This document shows positions 41,398 through 51,580 of a stretch of DNA of 64,000 bases, in pieces. Position 1 is the first letter of the stretch, and each line of letters starts with the position of its first letter. A program made the translations under genes and the position numbers. This DNA is from an uncultured Methanosarcinales archaeon (lineage in GTDB: Archaea > Nanobdellota > Nanobdellia > Woesearchaeales > UBA583): assembly GCA_964621065.1 (NCBI GenBank), contig CAZULG010000001.1:11082-75081 (forward strand). Reading direction: 5' to 3'. The notes beneath the pieces were generated by a model. The model did not search any database and was not told the origin of the DNA. It saw only the letters and a list, made by a program, of their open reading frames with translations.

Positions 41398-42210
41398 TTA
41401 ATTCATTATAAACATTGAAATATATTGTGGATAAAATGTGAATATGTATAAGAGTAGAGAGTATTTAATCGCTCTTGCAATTCCAACAAAATACAGATAT
41501 TTTAAAATTGGGTATTTTGAAGTTCCATAAATAATTGATATAAACTCAATTGGAGAAGGTAAAATATTTCCAAGAATTAAAATAATTCCTCCCCACCTAT
41601 TAACAATTTGTTCGTATTTGTAGAATTTTTGCTTGAGCCATAATTGTAATAATTTTCTTCCTAAAATTAACCCAATAATATAATTTACAAACATTGCAAC
41701 ACAATTTGCAATCACTAAGAGTAATACAATTAAAATAATATAATTATCAGACATTACATATTGTAAAAATAATAATTCTGAAGGAATTGATACAAAAAAA
41801 AGTGTCGATAAAAATCCGATAAATAACAATCCCCTAAGTGTCTTTAAATGCCACTCCCTTAAGACTTCTGAGAATAATGAAGCAAGAGGAGGGTATTGAT
41901 ATAAAATACTATAAAACAAAGATACAAGCGGTTGATGAAATACGTATAATAAAAGTAATATAAAACATAAAATTAAGAGTTTAAAAGAAAATAGTGTGAA
42001 AAATTTATTATAGATGTATTGCAAAAATGATTTATAATTTGTTGAATATGTCGTATGTTTAGAATTTCTTCTCGATGAATTATAGTGATTGTTATAAGAC
42101 TTCTTAGAGTTACGCAATCGATAAGAGTTATCTAAATTATTTGAATCTTCAATTTCATAATATGTATTTGTGTTCCTCTTCCACTTTGAAAATAAAGATT
42201 TTAATTTCAT
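41398..42210 (-). CDS. VTT/DedA membrane protein
   Basis: SIPSE, NYIIG, ILPSPIE and ARAIKY; multiple TM segments. Confidence 0.7.
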   Translation of the reverse strand: MKLKSLFSKWKRNTNTYYEIEDSNNLDNSYRLRNSKKSYNNHYNSSRRNSKHTTYSTNYKSFLQYIYNKFFTLFSFKLLILCFILLLLYVFHQPLVSLFYSILYQYPPLASLFSEVLREWHLKTLRGLLFIGFLSTLFFVSIPSELLFLQYVMSDNYIILIVLLLVIANCVAMFVNYIIGLILGRKLLQLWLKQKFYKYEQIVNRWGGIILILGNILPSPIEFISIIYGTSKYPILKYLYFVGIARAIKYSLLLYIFTFYPQYISMFIMN

Positions 42211-42263
42211 CTACTCTTTTATGAGTGAATTAAATTTATAAACTTTAATGTTCTTAAGATTTT

Positions 42264-43004
42264 ATGAAGTATCATATTTATTCTGATGATGTAGTTGATA
42301 GACCTCAAGAGGAACCATCTCCAAGAAGAACATCTCAAAATAGAATTCGCTACGAAGATATTGATCAATCGCGATATTCTCGAAGTAATTTTGGTGATGA
42401 CCCACAACCTCCAAGTCGTACAAGAAGATTCATCATATTTTTACACGTTGTTCTTATTTTAGGAGTGCTATTGTTGATTTACTTTGTTATTGTCTCTCCA
42501 TTTATTTTTGAAGATGATAATGATTTTCAACTTACAGGAGAACTCTCTAATTTTACTACTTCTTTGAATCAAACAATTGAATTAAACGCTCAAGAATACG
42601 AATTAGATATAGATAATAGAACAAATCTTGCAGGAAGTAAAGAGAGGTTTATTTTTTATAATTTCACAGGAGATTTATTTTTACAAAATAATACACTCAC
42701 GCTTATAGGTTCAACCCCTCTCATTCAAACTCAATCAAGCAAAATTAACGCAAAAAACCAACAAATTACGCTCTCATTTAGAAAAGGAGGAGTCCAATTA
42801 TTTTTAGAAACTATTTCAATGACTATTTCTAATAAACTAGATATTACCTACTCACCTGATTTATTATATTCAACAAATGAAGAAACCCAAATTTTAATAT
42901 CTAATTTTAGTGGAACATTCTCTCAAGACACACTCATAGGGCTTCGAGGGAATATAGGTTCATTTTCAATTGAAAATAATAATTCAAAATTGGAATTTGA
43001 GTAA
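42264..43004 (+). CDS. Membrane-anchored hypothetical protein
   Basis: Single TM followed by a beta-rich extracellular region. Confidence 0.65.
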   Translation: MKYHIYSDDVVDRPQEEPSPRRTSQNRIRYEDIDQSRYSRSNFGDDPQPPSRTRRFIIFLHVVLILGVLLLIYFVIVSPFIFEDDNDFQLTGELSNFTTSLNQTIELNAQEYELDIDNRTNLAGSKERFIFYNFTGDLFLQNNTLTLIGSTPLIQTQSSKINAKNQQITLSFRKGGVQLFLETISMTISNKLDITYSPDLLYSTNEETQILISNFSGTFSQDTLIGLRGNIGSFSIENNNSKLEFE

Positions 43005-43032
43005 TTATTCATAATAAAAACTAACATCTATC

Positions 43033-43680
43033 TTAACTATCCTCAAATAATCTTGCATTAAATTCAAGATACCCAAGATTACCTACTCTTTCAACTAATT
43101 CATTAGCTTGTTCATAGTTAAGTCCTCTCTCACCACCCAATGAAAATATAACTTTTCCATGAAATGGATTAAAAAAACCTTCTAAATCTTCTGAAAGTCT
43201 TGAAATTTGCTCTAATGTAATTAAATCATCAAGATACACAGCTTTTTTTCCGTTTTTTTTTGTATTTGCACTCAATTCTTGTAATTGTAATTCTTGCTGT
43301 CGAGTGTCTTGAAAGTATCTAAAAGGATACCACATATTGGGAGAACCTTCTATAGCTCTTGATGTTTCAGGAATTGTTGAAACATTATCTCTAAAAAAAA
43401 ATGGTGGTATAGTAGAACCTTTATGAAAGGGAGAAGCTAGTAATAGATAATGTGCGAACATATCAACTCCAGATTCTTCGGTTGATAAACCAATATAAGG
43501 TCGAGGCTCTCCACTATGATAACTTGAATTTCTTAGTCTAGTCAATGACCCTAGAAGTTGTCCTATTCTCTTCGATTCAGTAGAAGCAATTAAAATATCA
43601 CCTGCCTCTGATTCATTTGGATTTACTTGACAATCATCATTAACTTTTAATCCTAAATTTTCAATCATAATAGAATTCAA
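43033..43680 (-). CDS. Hypothetical protein
   Basis: 215-aa ORF (non-ATG start). Confidence 0.55.
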   Translation of the reverse strand: MNSIMIENLGLKVNDDCQVNPNESEAGDILIASTESKRIGQLLGSLTRLRNSSYHSGEPRPYIGLSTEESGVDMFAHYLLLASPFHKGSTIPPFFFRDNVSTIPETSRAIEGSPNMWYPFRYFQDTRQQELQLQELSANTKKNGKKAVYLDDLITLEQISRLSEDLEGFFNPFHGKVIFSLGGERGLNYEQANELVERVGNLGYLEFNARLFEDS

Positions 43681-43741
43681 AAAAATCAGAATTTATAAAT
43701 ATTTACTTTTTAGTAATGAATTTATGGTCTCATATCTATTA

Positions 43742-44302
43742 TTATATAGAAACTAGTAAATCTTCTAATTTATTTCTTCTGCGTTCATCTTTGGGTTCTG
43801 CTAAATATTTTATTAATCCATTAGTTTTATCTAAACCATATAATGTAGGATTCCATACAAAAATATTAAATTCATTATTTGTTCTTTGAAATTTTTTTCT
43901 TATTCGTGCAATTTGAGATTCATCTTCTTTAGAATTAGCTTTTTCTATATCTATTAATTTCACACCTTTTAAATCAACAATTCGATGATTGTCAATCTCT
44001 AGTAATTGTGAGATACTATCCTGTTCTGAATAACCACTTAATGTGAGTATTGAAACTAGACCTATTCCTCTATTCATCATAACACTCCTTGAATCACTCT
44101 GCCTATGTAATCGAAGCAGAGTATCTTGATTACTTCTTAAAATATTTATATCTTCAATTCCTTGTGTTGAATAGTGTGCAGAAGCCAGAGTAAGTCCACC
44201 GTACTGGATTCCTAAAATACAATCATTACAATTTCTATCAAACTTTTTTTTAACATCTTCAAGATTAGAATTTATTAATACTGGAGCATATTTCCCTTTC
44301 AT
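43742..44302 (-). CDS. Hypothetical protein
   Basis: 186-aa ORF. Confidence 0.55.
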   Translation of the reverse strand: MKGKYAPVLINSNLEDVKKKFDRNCNDCILGIQYGGLTLASAHYSTQGIEDINILRSNQDTLLRLHRQSDSRSVMMNRGIGLVSILTLSGYSEQDSISQLLEIDNHRIVDLKGVKLIDIEKANSKEDESQIARIRKKFQRTNNEFNIFVWNPTLYGLDKTNGLIKYLAEPKDERRRNKLEDLLVSI

Positions 44303-44354
44303 AAGATAATTAATTAAATCAAATTTTTAAATGTTACTACTAACATTAAAAACT

Positions 44355-45674
44355 CTATCCAACACACAAATCTTCTTTTAATATTTCAAGAACTTCTTTA
44401 TGCATTGATTTAGGCAAACCTATTGAAATATATCGCGTTCTTCCATATCGTCCTTTGGAAACAACTTTTTCATTCACAATTCCTAAAACATCTAATTCGA
44501 CAACAATATCAGAAATTCTCCTCAATGTTAAAGATTGTATTCTCAAATCTTTTGTCAACTTATTATAAAAGTCAAACACTGAACCTGTTGTTGTTGGCTC
44601 AATCACTTGAGATTTTTTATTAGTAACTAAGTTATGCTTTTCTTTCATAGAGGTTTTAACAATTGAATATAATACCAATTGATAATGTTTTGGTTGTGAT
44701 TTAATAATGTCAATGATTCTATTTTTCTCACTCTTTTTATCAGCTTTATCAATATGGAGTGGAACAACATATGCACTCCCTTCTCGCTCTGCAATCTCGC
44801 CTGCATACTTTAATAATTCAAGTGCACGTCTTACATCTCCATGTTCTCTTGCCATGTATGCTGAGCATCGTGGAATAACTTCACTATCTAACACATTTTC
44901 TCTAAATGCTAAGTGTGCTCTATCGTTTAAAATATCTTGAATTTGTGTTGCATTATATGGTACAAATACGAGCTCTTCTTCGTTCAATGACGACTTAACA
45001 CGAGCATCCACACTATCCATAACAGTTAAATCATTTGTAATCCCAACTAAACACACTTCTGAACTTTTTAAATCAGGATTCAAACGAGTTAAATTATATA
45101 ACACATCGTCTCCTGCCTTTTTAATAAGAGCGTCTATTTCATCAAGAACTAAAATAATTGTTTGCTTCTCACTATCAAGTGCACGATATAAATCTTTATA
45201 TAACTCATTTGTAGAGTGACCGGTGTCTTTTCTCTCAACTCCAAACATTTTTAATATTTCAAGAAGCATTCTGTATTCAGTATCAGCCACTCGCTTTAAT
45301 TTGCAATTAATATTTAAGATTTTAAGAGGAATTTCTCGAGAATTTGCAACATTTCTCATTTTATTAAGCACATGATTGATACATAATGTTTTTCCTGTTC
45401 CTGTTTTTCCATATACAAATACATTAGAAGGTTTTTCATTTCTCAACGCAGGTGCGAGCATTTTCGCTAACTCATTTAAATATTCACTTCTGTGTTGAAT
45501 TCTTGGAGGCTGAAAATTAGACTGCAGAATTGATTTATCTTTAAAAATTGGTTTTGATGACATAAATTCCTCAAAATAATTATCCAGATCATCTTTAATT
45601 TCTTCTTGAATATTTGTATTTTTTTCATCAATATATGTGTTAGAAAAAGTTGTCAAGTCACTTGATTGTTCCAT
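44355..45674 (-). CDS. cdc6: Cdc6/Orc1 replication initiator
   Basis: YGKTGTGKT, LVLDEID, GDVRRALELL and KGRYGRTR. Start probably MEQSS (45674). Confidence 0.96.
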   Translation of the reverse strand: MEQSSDLTTFSNTYIDEKNTNIQEEIKDDLDNYFEEFMSSKPIFKDKSILQSNFQPPRIQHRSEYLNELAKMLAPALRNEKPSNVFVYGKTGTGKTLCINHVLNKMRNVANSREIPLKILNINCKLKRVADTEYRMLLEILKMFGVERKDTGHSTNELYKDLYRALDSEKQTIILVLDEIDALIKKAGDDVLYNLTRLNPDLKSSEVCLVGITNDLTVMDSVDARVKSSLNEEELVFVPYNATQIQDILNDRAHLAFRENVLDSEVIPRCSAYMAREHGDVRRALELLKYAGEIAEREGSAYVVPLHIDKADKKSEKNRIIDIIKSQPKHYQLVLYSIVKTSMKEKHNLVTNKKSQVIEPTTTGSVFDFYNKLTKDLRIQSLTLRRISDIVVELDVLGIVNEKVVSKGRYGRTRYISIGLPKSMHKEVLEILKEDLCVG

Positions 45675-45859
45675 AAGAAATATAAACATTTCTACTGTTT
45701 ATAAAACTTTCTTGTTTCATTTAATTGTATCAAAAATGATTATAACTAATAGTTATTATTTTACAATTTTGTATATAAAAATTCAGATGTTTTTAATAAT
45801 GAGTGTTTTAACTTGACAACAGATGAAAATACTTATAAAATAATAAATCTATATATTTT

Positions 45860-46390
45860 GTGATGGAATCAAATAATAACTTTGAATCAACACTTAAAAA
45901 GTCTAAACAAAGAGCTAGAAAAGCCCTTCAGTCTCAAAACTTCACAGAGTTTTTTGTACTCAATGATAGGAGAAGAGTGATTGAATTCTTAGTTACTTCA
46001 AAAAATACAACGTTACTTGAATATTACTTTTTAGAATTACTCCCTCAAGAACTTAGAGAATTTGCAAAACTTGAGATAGTTAATGAGTCTGATGAAAAAA
46101 TTACTCACTGGTATTACACTGAAGAGTTAATTACACTCATATTTAAAATGAATTGGGGAAATGGTGCACAAGAAACAAGCATTGAAATTGATAGTGAACA
46201 GTTTGAATTTTTAATAACAAATACATCTTCAATAGGAATTCAAATGTTTAACTATAAATTATGCAGTACATTTTTAAAAAATATTGTAGAAACACAAGTA
46301 GATTTAATTACGAAAACATATCAAGATATTAAAGAAGAAAATTTTAAATATAACTCAAAGAATAAAAAATTAACACAATTTTTACAATAA
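45860..46390 (+). CDS. Hypothetical protein
   Basis: 176-aa ORF divergent from cdc6. Confidence 0.6.
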   Translation: MMESNNNFESTLKKSKQRARKALQSQNFTEFFVLNDRRRVIEFLVTSKNTTLLEYYFLELLPQELREFAKLEIVNESDEKITHWYYTEELITLIFKMNWGNGAQETSIEIDSEQFEFLITNTSSIGIQMFNYKLCSTFLKNIVETQVDLITKTYQDIKEENFKYNSKNKKLTQFLQ

Positions 46391-46493
46391 CTAGTCAAAA
46401 AACATAAAATAATGAAAAAATAATTCTAATAATTTTTTTTGTTTCATTAATTTTAGATAAAAAGTATAAATGATAATAATAAAATTTAAAAAA

Positions 46494-47057
46494 TTATTTA
46501 TATGATTTTACATCATATTTTTTGAACACTGTAATTAAATTTTTAATTGCAATATGGACATCTTTATCAGTTTTTGTACCCGTACATACAATTTTTCCAT
46601 TTCCAAAAATTAAAAATGTTGCACCAGTTTCATCATTGATTTTAAACACAAGTCCTGGAAATTGTTCAGGTTCATATTCTACATTTGTAAGTTTCACTGC
46701 AATTTCATTCAAATCAAGTTTCATATCAATATCACTTGAAGCAACCACATTTTCAACACGAATAACTGGTTTTACTGTAATTGTCACGTCTACTTTTGCC
46801 ATATACTCTATGAGTCTCTCAAGAGCCAAATCTACTTCTTCAAGTGACTTTGTACCTGTACACACTACTTTTCCTGAGCTAAAAATTAAAAAACTCGCTT
46901 TAGGTTCTCGAATTTTCATGATTAGACCTGGAAATTGTTCAGGATTATATTCTGTATTTGGTAAATCCATAATCAATCTCTCTAGAGGAATTTTGTGTTC
47001 AAGAGATGTTGATATTACAATATTTACAATTTTTGTGTTTGCATTTATACTTTCCAT
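46494..47057 (-). CDS. tbp: TATA-box binding protein
   Basis: Two repeats: YNPEQFPGL/YEPEQFPGL and LIFSSGKVVCTG/LIFGNGKIVCTG. Confidence 0.98.
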   Translation of the reverse strand: MESINANTKIVNIVISTSLEHKIPLERLIMDLPNTEYNPEQFPGLIMKIREPKASFLIFSSGKVVCTGTKSLEEVDLALERLIEYMAKVDVTITVKPVIRVENVVASSDIDMKLDLNEIAVKLTNVEYEPEQFPGLVFKINDETGATFLIFGNGKIVCTGTKTDKDVHIAIKNLITVFKKYDVKSYK

Positions 47058-47094
47058 TTTTTTATTATTATTTATAATTTACGATTTGAAGAAT

Positions 47095-47367
47095 TTATAA
47101 TCTATCCATTTTCAATAGATTAACTTCTCCTGCGATTTCAATTTCAGCGAGTTTATTTTCTAACTCTTCAGAACCAAGTGTTTCATTTAACTCAACTTCT
47201 ACTCTCACAGCTTGAAGTCCAAAACCTACATTTTGAGCTTCAATTGCTTTTACTTTTAAAGATTCATCATAGTTTTCTACAACATATTTTACACTATCTT
47301 CAAGATTCTGGTATTCAGTCTCCCCATCTTCGGGCATTACTCGAAATTCTAATATCATATTCGCCAT
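47095..47367 (-). CDS. ef1b: Archaeal elongation factor 1-beta
   Basis: RVMPED...VGFGLQA...GSEELE...MDRL; 90 aa. Confidence 0.9.
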   Translation of the reverse strand: MANMILEFRVMPEDGETEYQNLEDSVKYVVENYDESLKVKAIEAQNVGFGLQAVRVEVELNETLGSEELENKLAEIEIAGEVNLLKMDRL

Positions 47368-47504
47368 TATAATAATATTTATAAATGAGTATTTATAAAG
47401 GTTGCGTAATTATTATAAATAAATTGAATACTTTATAAACAGCTTTTCAAAAAAACAAGGTCGCTCTTTTCAATCGTTCGTTGTATTAATCTTAAGATGA
47501 ATAT

Positions 47505-47592
47505 TTGTGCAAAAAAATTGTTTTCGCTAAGCTCAAACTCCTAATTCTAGTAGCGAAACTACTAATATCTACTTCAAGTAACGAAGTTACTT
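47505..47592. repeat. Second copy of the intergenic element with GNA hairpins
   Basis: ttgtgcaaaaaaattgttttcgctaagctcaaactcctaa resembles 30759-30798. Hairpins TAGTAG-CGAAA-CTACTA (47548-47564) and AAGTAAC-GAA-GTTACTT (47576-47592). Confidence 0.8.
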
Positions 47593-49854
47593 TCCAAAAT
47601 AATCTCCAAGTCCTTTTTGTTTCTCAAGCTCCTTTCCAAATACTCCTTCCATTCTCAAATTTACAAGTTCTAAACTCTCAACAATGTATGGATCAACTCG
47701 AAAATCTTTTGTGATTTTAAATGATGGAGCTAAATATTTTTTAATTGAACCTTCATGAATTGTGAAATTAATAGAAGTTGAATAACAATTAGAACATCTC
47801 CCATTCAATGGAGGCCTTCTGTAAATAGTATTACAACTTGTACATCGAAAACTCTGCATTCCAAATTTTCTCAAATTTCCTTTAATGTCTTTCATAAAAT
47901 GCTTATCAATCACTAGCTCTCCCACTTTATTCTCATCAACAGCTCGAATTTTTCGCCCAATTTCTAATTGTTCTGATAATTTTTCTGCCATTGAAGGAAG
48001 TGTTTTATATGAAGAACACAAAATCGTATCATTCATATCATCAGTATCATGCGTAAAAAAATATCCTAAATATTCCTCATCTTTAATTTCTTTCCCTATT
48101 CTATTCTCAACATGCTCAATTTTTACACTTTTAGGAGGAGCGTATTCTCTACAAGCTTTATAAAAATTAAGAGGATAAAATGGAACAATATCCATCCCAT
48201 GAACCTCATCATCAATCTGATCCAAATACAAATGAGAAGTTAATACTAATGATACATCCATTGTCTTAGAACCTCTTCTATTTGGTAAAAATTCACGTGA
48301 CCCGTTTAATAACCCATCTAATAAAAGCATCACTCCGTTCTCATCTCCATCTAAATTACGCCTCTGAGCAGCGTGCCAAACAGGGTGAGAAAAACAACCT
48401 TGAGATTTTGAATATCCAATAATTCTCCCCGTAATACCTGCAGAAGTATGAGGAGCAAGCCCAATTATTATATGCCCAATTGTATCTTCTTTTGATTTAA
48501 AATTATAGTATGGTTGTTCTAAATAAATTTTCTCAAGCAACTCATCAATGAATTGTCCTGTTTTTACAATAATATCACTTGCTTTTTCTTCAAACCCTTC
48601 ATCACAATCAGGAAGTATAACATCTTGAGGAAAAATTTCAACAATTTGATTCTCATCTGTAAGTTCCTCTCCTTTGTAATCATGTGTGTATCCCATCTCT
48701 TTGAGTTTATCAATTGATGTTAAAATTTCTTTTGGCTTAAAGTGCGTAATTCCCATCTCAATCATATCATATCGAATCGTACCATCTTTATTGACATACA
48801 AATCATACTTCTCTCTCAAAAACGCTTTTTCTAAAATTTCAATTGATTTATGCTCATTTGCAGTTCCACGGATTCCTTTCACTATTTTAGGAAGTTGAGT
48901 AAGTTTCAAATTCTCTCTCACTTGTTTAATATAAGGCTCTAAATCTAAAGACATACGTTTGTATTGAACTGCTAATTCATCCTCTTTATTTACTCGAGCA
49001 CCTGTGTATCTATTAAAATATTGAGGAGTACATACTCCTCCACAATATACACATTTTGGATATACACATTCCTCCCCGCAACTCTGACACTCCATTAATC
49101 GAAATTCTCCACTGACCTCACCACCTTCATACGCCTCAATAATATTTCTCATTCGATTTTGTATAACATCTGAGCTGATTTCATCATCTCCAAATCGTCT
49201 TTCAATTTGAACTGACTTACCATTTCCAATTGTAAATAATCCTTGTGGACGACCATCTAGTTTTCTCAATTTTGCCTTCTCAGGACGCCCCATTCTTGCA
49301 CCAATATATGTTCCTGCTTTATCACGAATCTCAATTGATGAATACACATTAATAATTTCAAGCATGGACTTATTCAAATGTTCTCTACATAATTGCTCAA
49401 TATTTGAAAAGTGTGATATATATTTCTCAACTAATGATTGACTTTTAATTTCTCTCTCATCCTTAACATCAATCCACTCTAAAATACCACAATTAGATAT
49501 AAAAGCTAGAAATGAGTTGTCTTGAAACAAAATGGTATCAACTCCCTCTTCTTTTCCCATCCATTTGTGCTCAATTCCTAAATGCTCAAATTTATCTTTA
49601 TTACGTGTTTTAATTCCAAATAACTTTAACTCCTTATCAACATACAAATTTTGAAGTTCTCCAAACACATCAACCCCACGTTGAGGACTTAACTCATTAA
49701 AATAAAAAATATAGTGTGGATGCAGGGATACATCAAATTTTTGTGAGAGCATAATTGCATCCTTTAAAGATGGTTTAGAATAGAGAGGATTAGAAACATA
49801 CTGCTCGTATTTACTTTTGAGCGTTGAATTCAAAATGTAAAAAGAAAAATCCAT
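47587..49854 (-). CDS. polC: DNA polymerase D large subunit (DP2), C-terminal part only
   Basis: IGARMGRPEKAK, KDGTIRYD, GLAPHTSAG, RRNLDGDE and C-terminal CxxC zinc finger. 755 aa; lacks the DP2 N-terminus. Confidence 0.93.
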   Translation of the reverse strand: MDFSFYILNSTLKSKYEQYVSNPLYSKPSLKDAIMLSQKFDVSLHPHYIFYFNELSPQRGVDVFGELQNLYVDKELKLFGIKTRNKDKFEHLGIEHKWMGKEEGVDTILFQDNSFLAFISNCGILEWIDVKDEREIKSQSLVEKYISHFSNIEQLCREHLNKSMLEIINVYSSIEIRDKAGTYIGARMGRPEKAKLRKLDGRPQGLFTIGNGKSVQIERRFGDDEISSDVIQNRMRNIIEAYEGGEVSGEFRLMECQSCGEECVYPKCVYCGGVCTPQYFNRYTGARVNKEDELAVQYKRMSLDLEPYIKQVRENLKLTQLPKIVKGIRGTANEHKSIEILEKAFLREKYDLYVNKDGTIRYDMIEMGITHFKPKEILTSIDKLKEMGYTHDYKGEELTDENQIVEIFPQDVILPDCDEGFEEKASDIIVKTGQFIDELLEKIYLEQPYYNFKSKEDTIGHIIIGLAPHTSAGITGRIIGYSKSQGCFSHPVWHAAQRRNLDGDENGVMLLLDGLLNGSREFLPNRRGSKTMDVSLVLTSHLYLDQIDDEVHGMDIVPFYPLNFYKACREYAPPKSVKIEHVENRIGKEIKDEEYLGYFFTHDTDDMNDTILCSSYKTLPSMAEKLSEQLEIGRKIRAVDENKVGELVIDKHFMKDIKGNLRKFGMQSFRCTSCNTIYRRPPLNGRCSNCYSTSINFTIHEGSIKKYLAPSFKITKDFRVDPYIVESLELVNLRMEGVFGKELEKQKGLGDYFGK

Positions 49855-49898
49855 ACTCTACACAAATAAAAAAGACTATATAAAAATATCGTATCTGT

Positions 49899-50807
49899 TC
49901 AACTCAGTGCTTTTTCTTTTAATAATTTAGAAATTTCTTGAAGTTTAAGCTCAACTCTGTGCAGATAATTTAAAATCATCATATGAGAGCCAAATTCTTG
50001 TGTTTTAGTTTTTTTATATAACTCTTTTTTAAACATTTGTTGCAATTCTTCAATTTCTTCAATACTCTTCTCAGTTTTTAGATTTTGAGAAGATTTAATC
50101 TTTCTACCACCACTAATTGTGAATTTTTCAGATTCAAACTCACTAAACTCCTTTCCCAATAATTGAATTTTTTTATTTAACACATCAATATGTTTATTAT
50201 GCTCAATTTGCAGAACAGATCCCTCGTATTTTTCTTTTAAAAAATCTTGCAATTGTTCATGGTACCACTTATACAATCCTGTTTCTAATTGTAAAATTGT
50301 CTCAATTGAGTTGTATTCAAGCAAAGACTTTGGAAATTTAAATTTTGTTGAAAAATACTTTAGAGCTTCTTCATATGAAAATCCTACTGCTTTAATACAA
50401 TGCTCTTTTTGAATTGTATTTCCTATTAAATATAATCGTACTTCGTCTTGAAATCCTCCTGCAATGCAGCGAAGAGTAGCTATAATATTGTGAATTTGAT
50501 ATTTTAAATAATATGTATATAATAATTCCTTTAACTCAGAATTTGCAGCTTTATACACCTTTTCATAAATAAGTGTTGCATACGAATTTGTAAAATGTTC
50601 AACAATTCCAATAGAGTCTTTTTTAATATTTTGTGAATTAATTGAAGAATCAATTGTAAGTTTGGTTGTACCTTTCTCAAGCATAGAAAGTGCCTCTGAA
50701 AACGATGCACGTTGAATTTGAGGGGATGAACACAGCTCATCTAATTCTTGAAATATTACACTAAGTTTTGTTGCAACATACATATCTTTTTGAAATTCTC
50801 TACCCAT
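49899..50807 (-). CDS. Divergent A/V-type ATPase subunit C
   Basis: Size, YQIHNIIATLR motif and position after K and E. Confidence 0.6.
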   Translation of the reverse strand: MGREFQKDMYVATKLSVIFQELDELCSSPQIQRASFSEALSMLEKGTTKLTIDSSINSQNIKKDSIGIVEHFTNSYATLIYEKVYKAANSELKELLYTYYLKYQIHNIIATLRCIAGGFQDEVRLYLIGNTIQKEHCIKAVGFSYEEALKYFSTKFKFPKSLLEYNSIETILQLETGLYKWYHEQLQDFLKEKYEGSVLQIEHNKHIDVLNKKIQLLGKEFSEFESEKFTISGGRKIKSSQNLKTEKSIEEIEELQQMFKKELYKKTKTQEFGSHMMILNYLHRVELKLQEISKLLKEKALS

Positions 50808-50876
50808 TTTTTTATTTATTATTTTGTATATGTTTAATTATACATGTTTACTATTTTACTAACTTATCCTATCTTC

Positions 50877-51443
50877 TCAATTACTCACTTGTAAACTACC
50901 TTGAACATCTTCACTAATAATGGAGTATAATTCATCTTTTATATTACATCTCACAATTAAATGTTCTTTTCTGCAAACGATTTCATATTTTTGTATCATT
51001 GAACTGGTTTCAACTGAATTCTTAACAAATGTTTTTTTAAGTTGGGAAATAATTGATTGTGAGAGCATAGATGAAATTGTAAGTTGTAGTTCTTTTTCTT
51101 CTACATTTAATATTTGAGAAGCTCTTGACATAAATACTTTTACAGTTTCAAGAAATCTGCTCTCTATAGATTTACACACTTTTTCTACAACTCTTGAAAT
51201 CTCTTCTTGTTGAGCAGTTTGAATAATATTTTTTGCTTGTTTTTTAGCAGAAGATATTCTTTGTTGTTTATAATGTTCAATATCTAATTCAAACTTCTTT
51301 TTCATTACTTCTTCAAACTCAAAAACACTTTTACTACACTCTTCTCTATACAATTCAAGATTTTTATCAAACTCTTCTTTAAGTTGAGACATTGTAGCAT
51401 CTCTATATTCGTAGAGTTGTTGTTGTAGTGCTGAAGATTTCAT
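50877..51443 (-). CDS. Divergent A/V-type ATPase subunit E
   Basis: N-terminal coiled coil (RISSAKKQAKNIIQTAQQE), 188 aa, K-E-C gene order. Confidence 0.6.
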   Translation of the reverse strand: MKSSALQQQLYEYRDATMSQLKEEFDKNLELYREECSKSVFEFEEVMKKKFELDIEHYKQQRISSAKKQAKNIIQTAQQEEISRVVEKVCKSIESRFLETVKVFMSRASQILNVEEKELQLTISSMLSQSIISQLKKTFVKNSVETSSMIQKYEIVCRKEHLIVRCNIKDELYSIISEDVQGSLQVSN

Positions 51444-51580
51444 TTTGTCTAAGCTATATAATTGATTCTATATATTGTTCTTTGTATTTCATTGAATGCA
51501 ACTTTTATTAAACTCATTAACTAATACGAATAATTCAAGATTAATAAAAATTGTAAATGTAGATAATTGAGGTTCCTCAA

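Noticed and set aside
45675..45860. Replication origin upstream of cdc6
   Set aside because: Short AT-rich divergent promoter gap with no recognisable ORB repeats.
46522..47100. 192-aa plus-strand ORF
   Set aside because: Antisense shadow of tbp; no recognisable motifs.
47505..47714. 69-aa plus-strand ORF
   Set aside because: Runs through the repeat element and antisense to the DP2 3' end.
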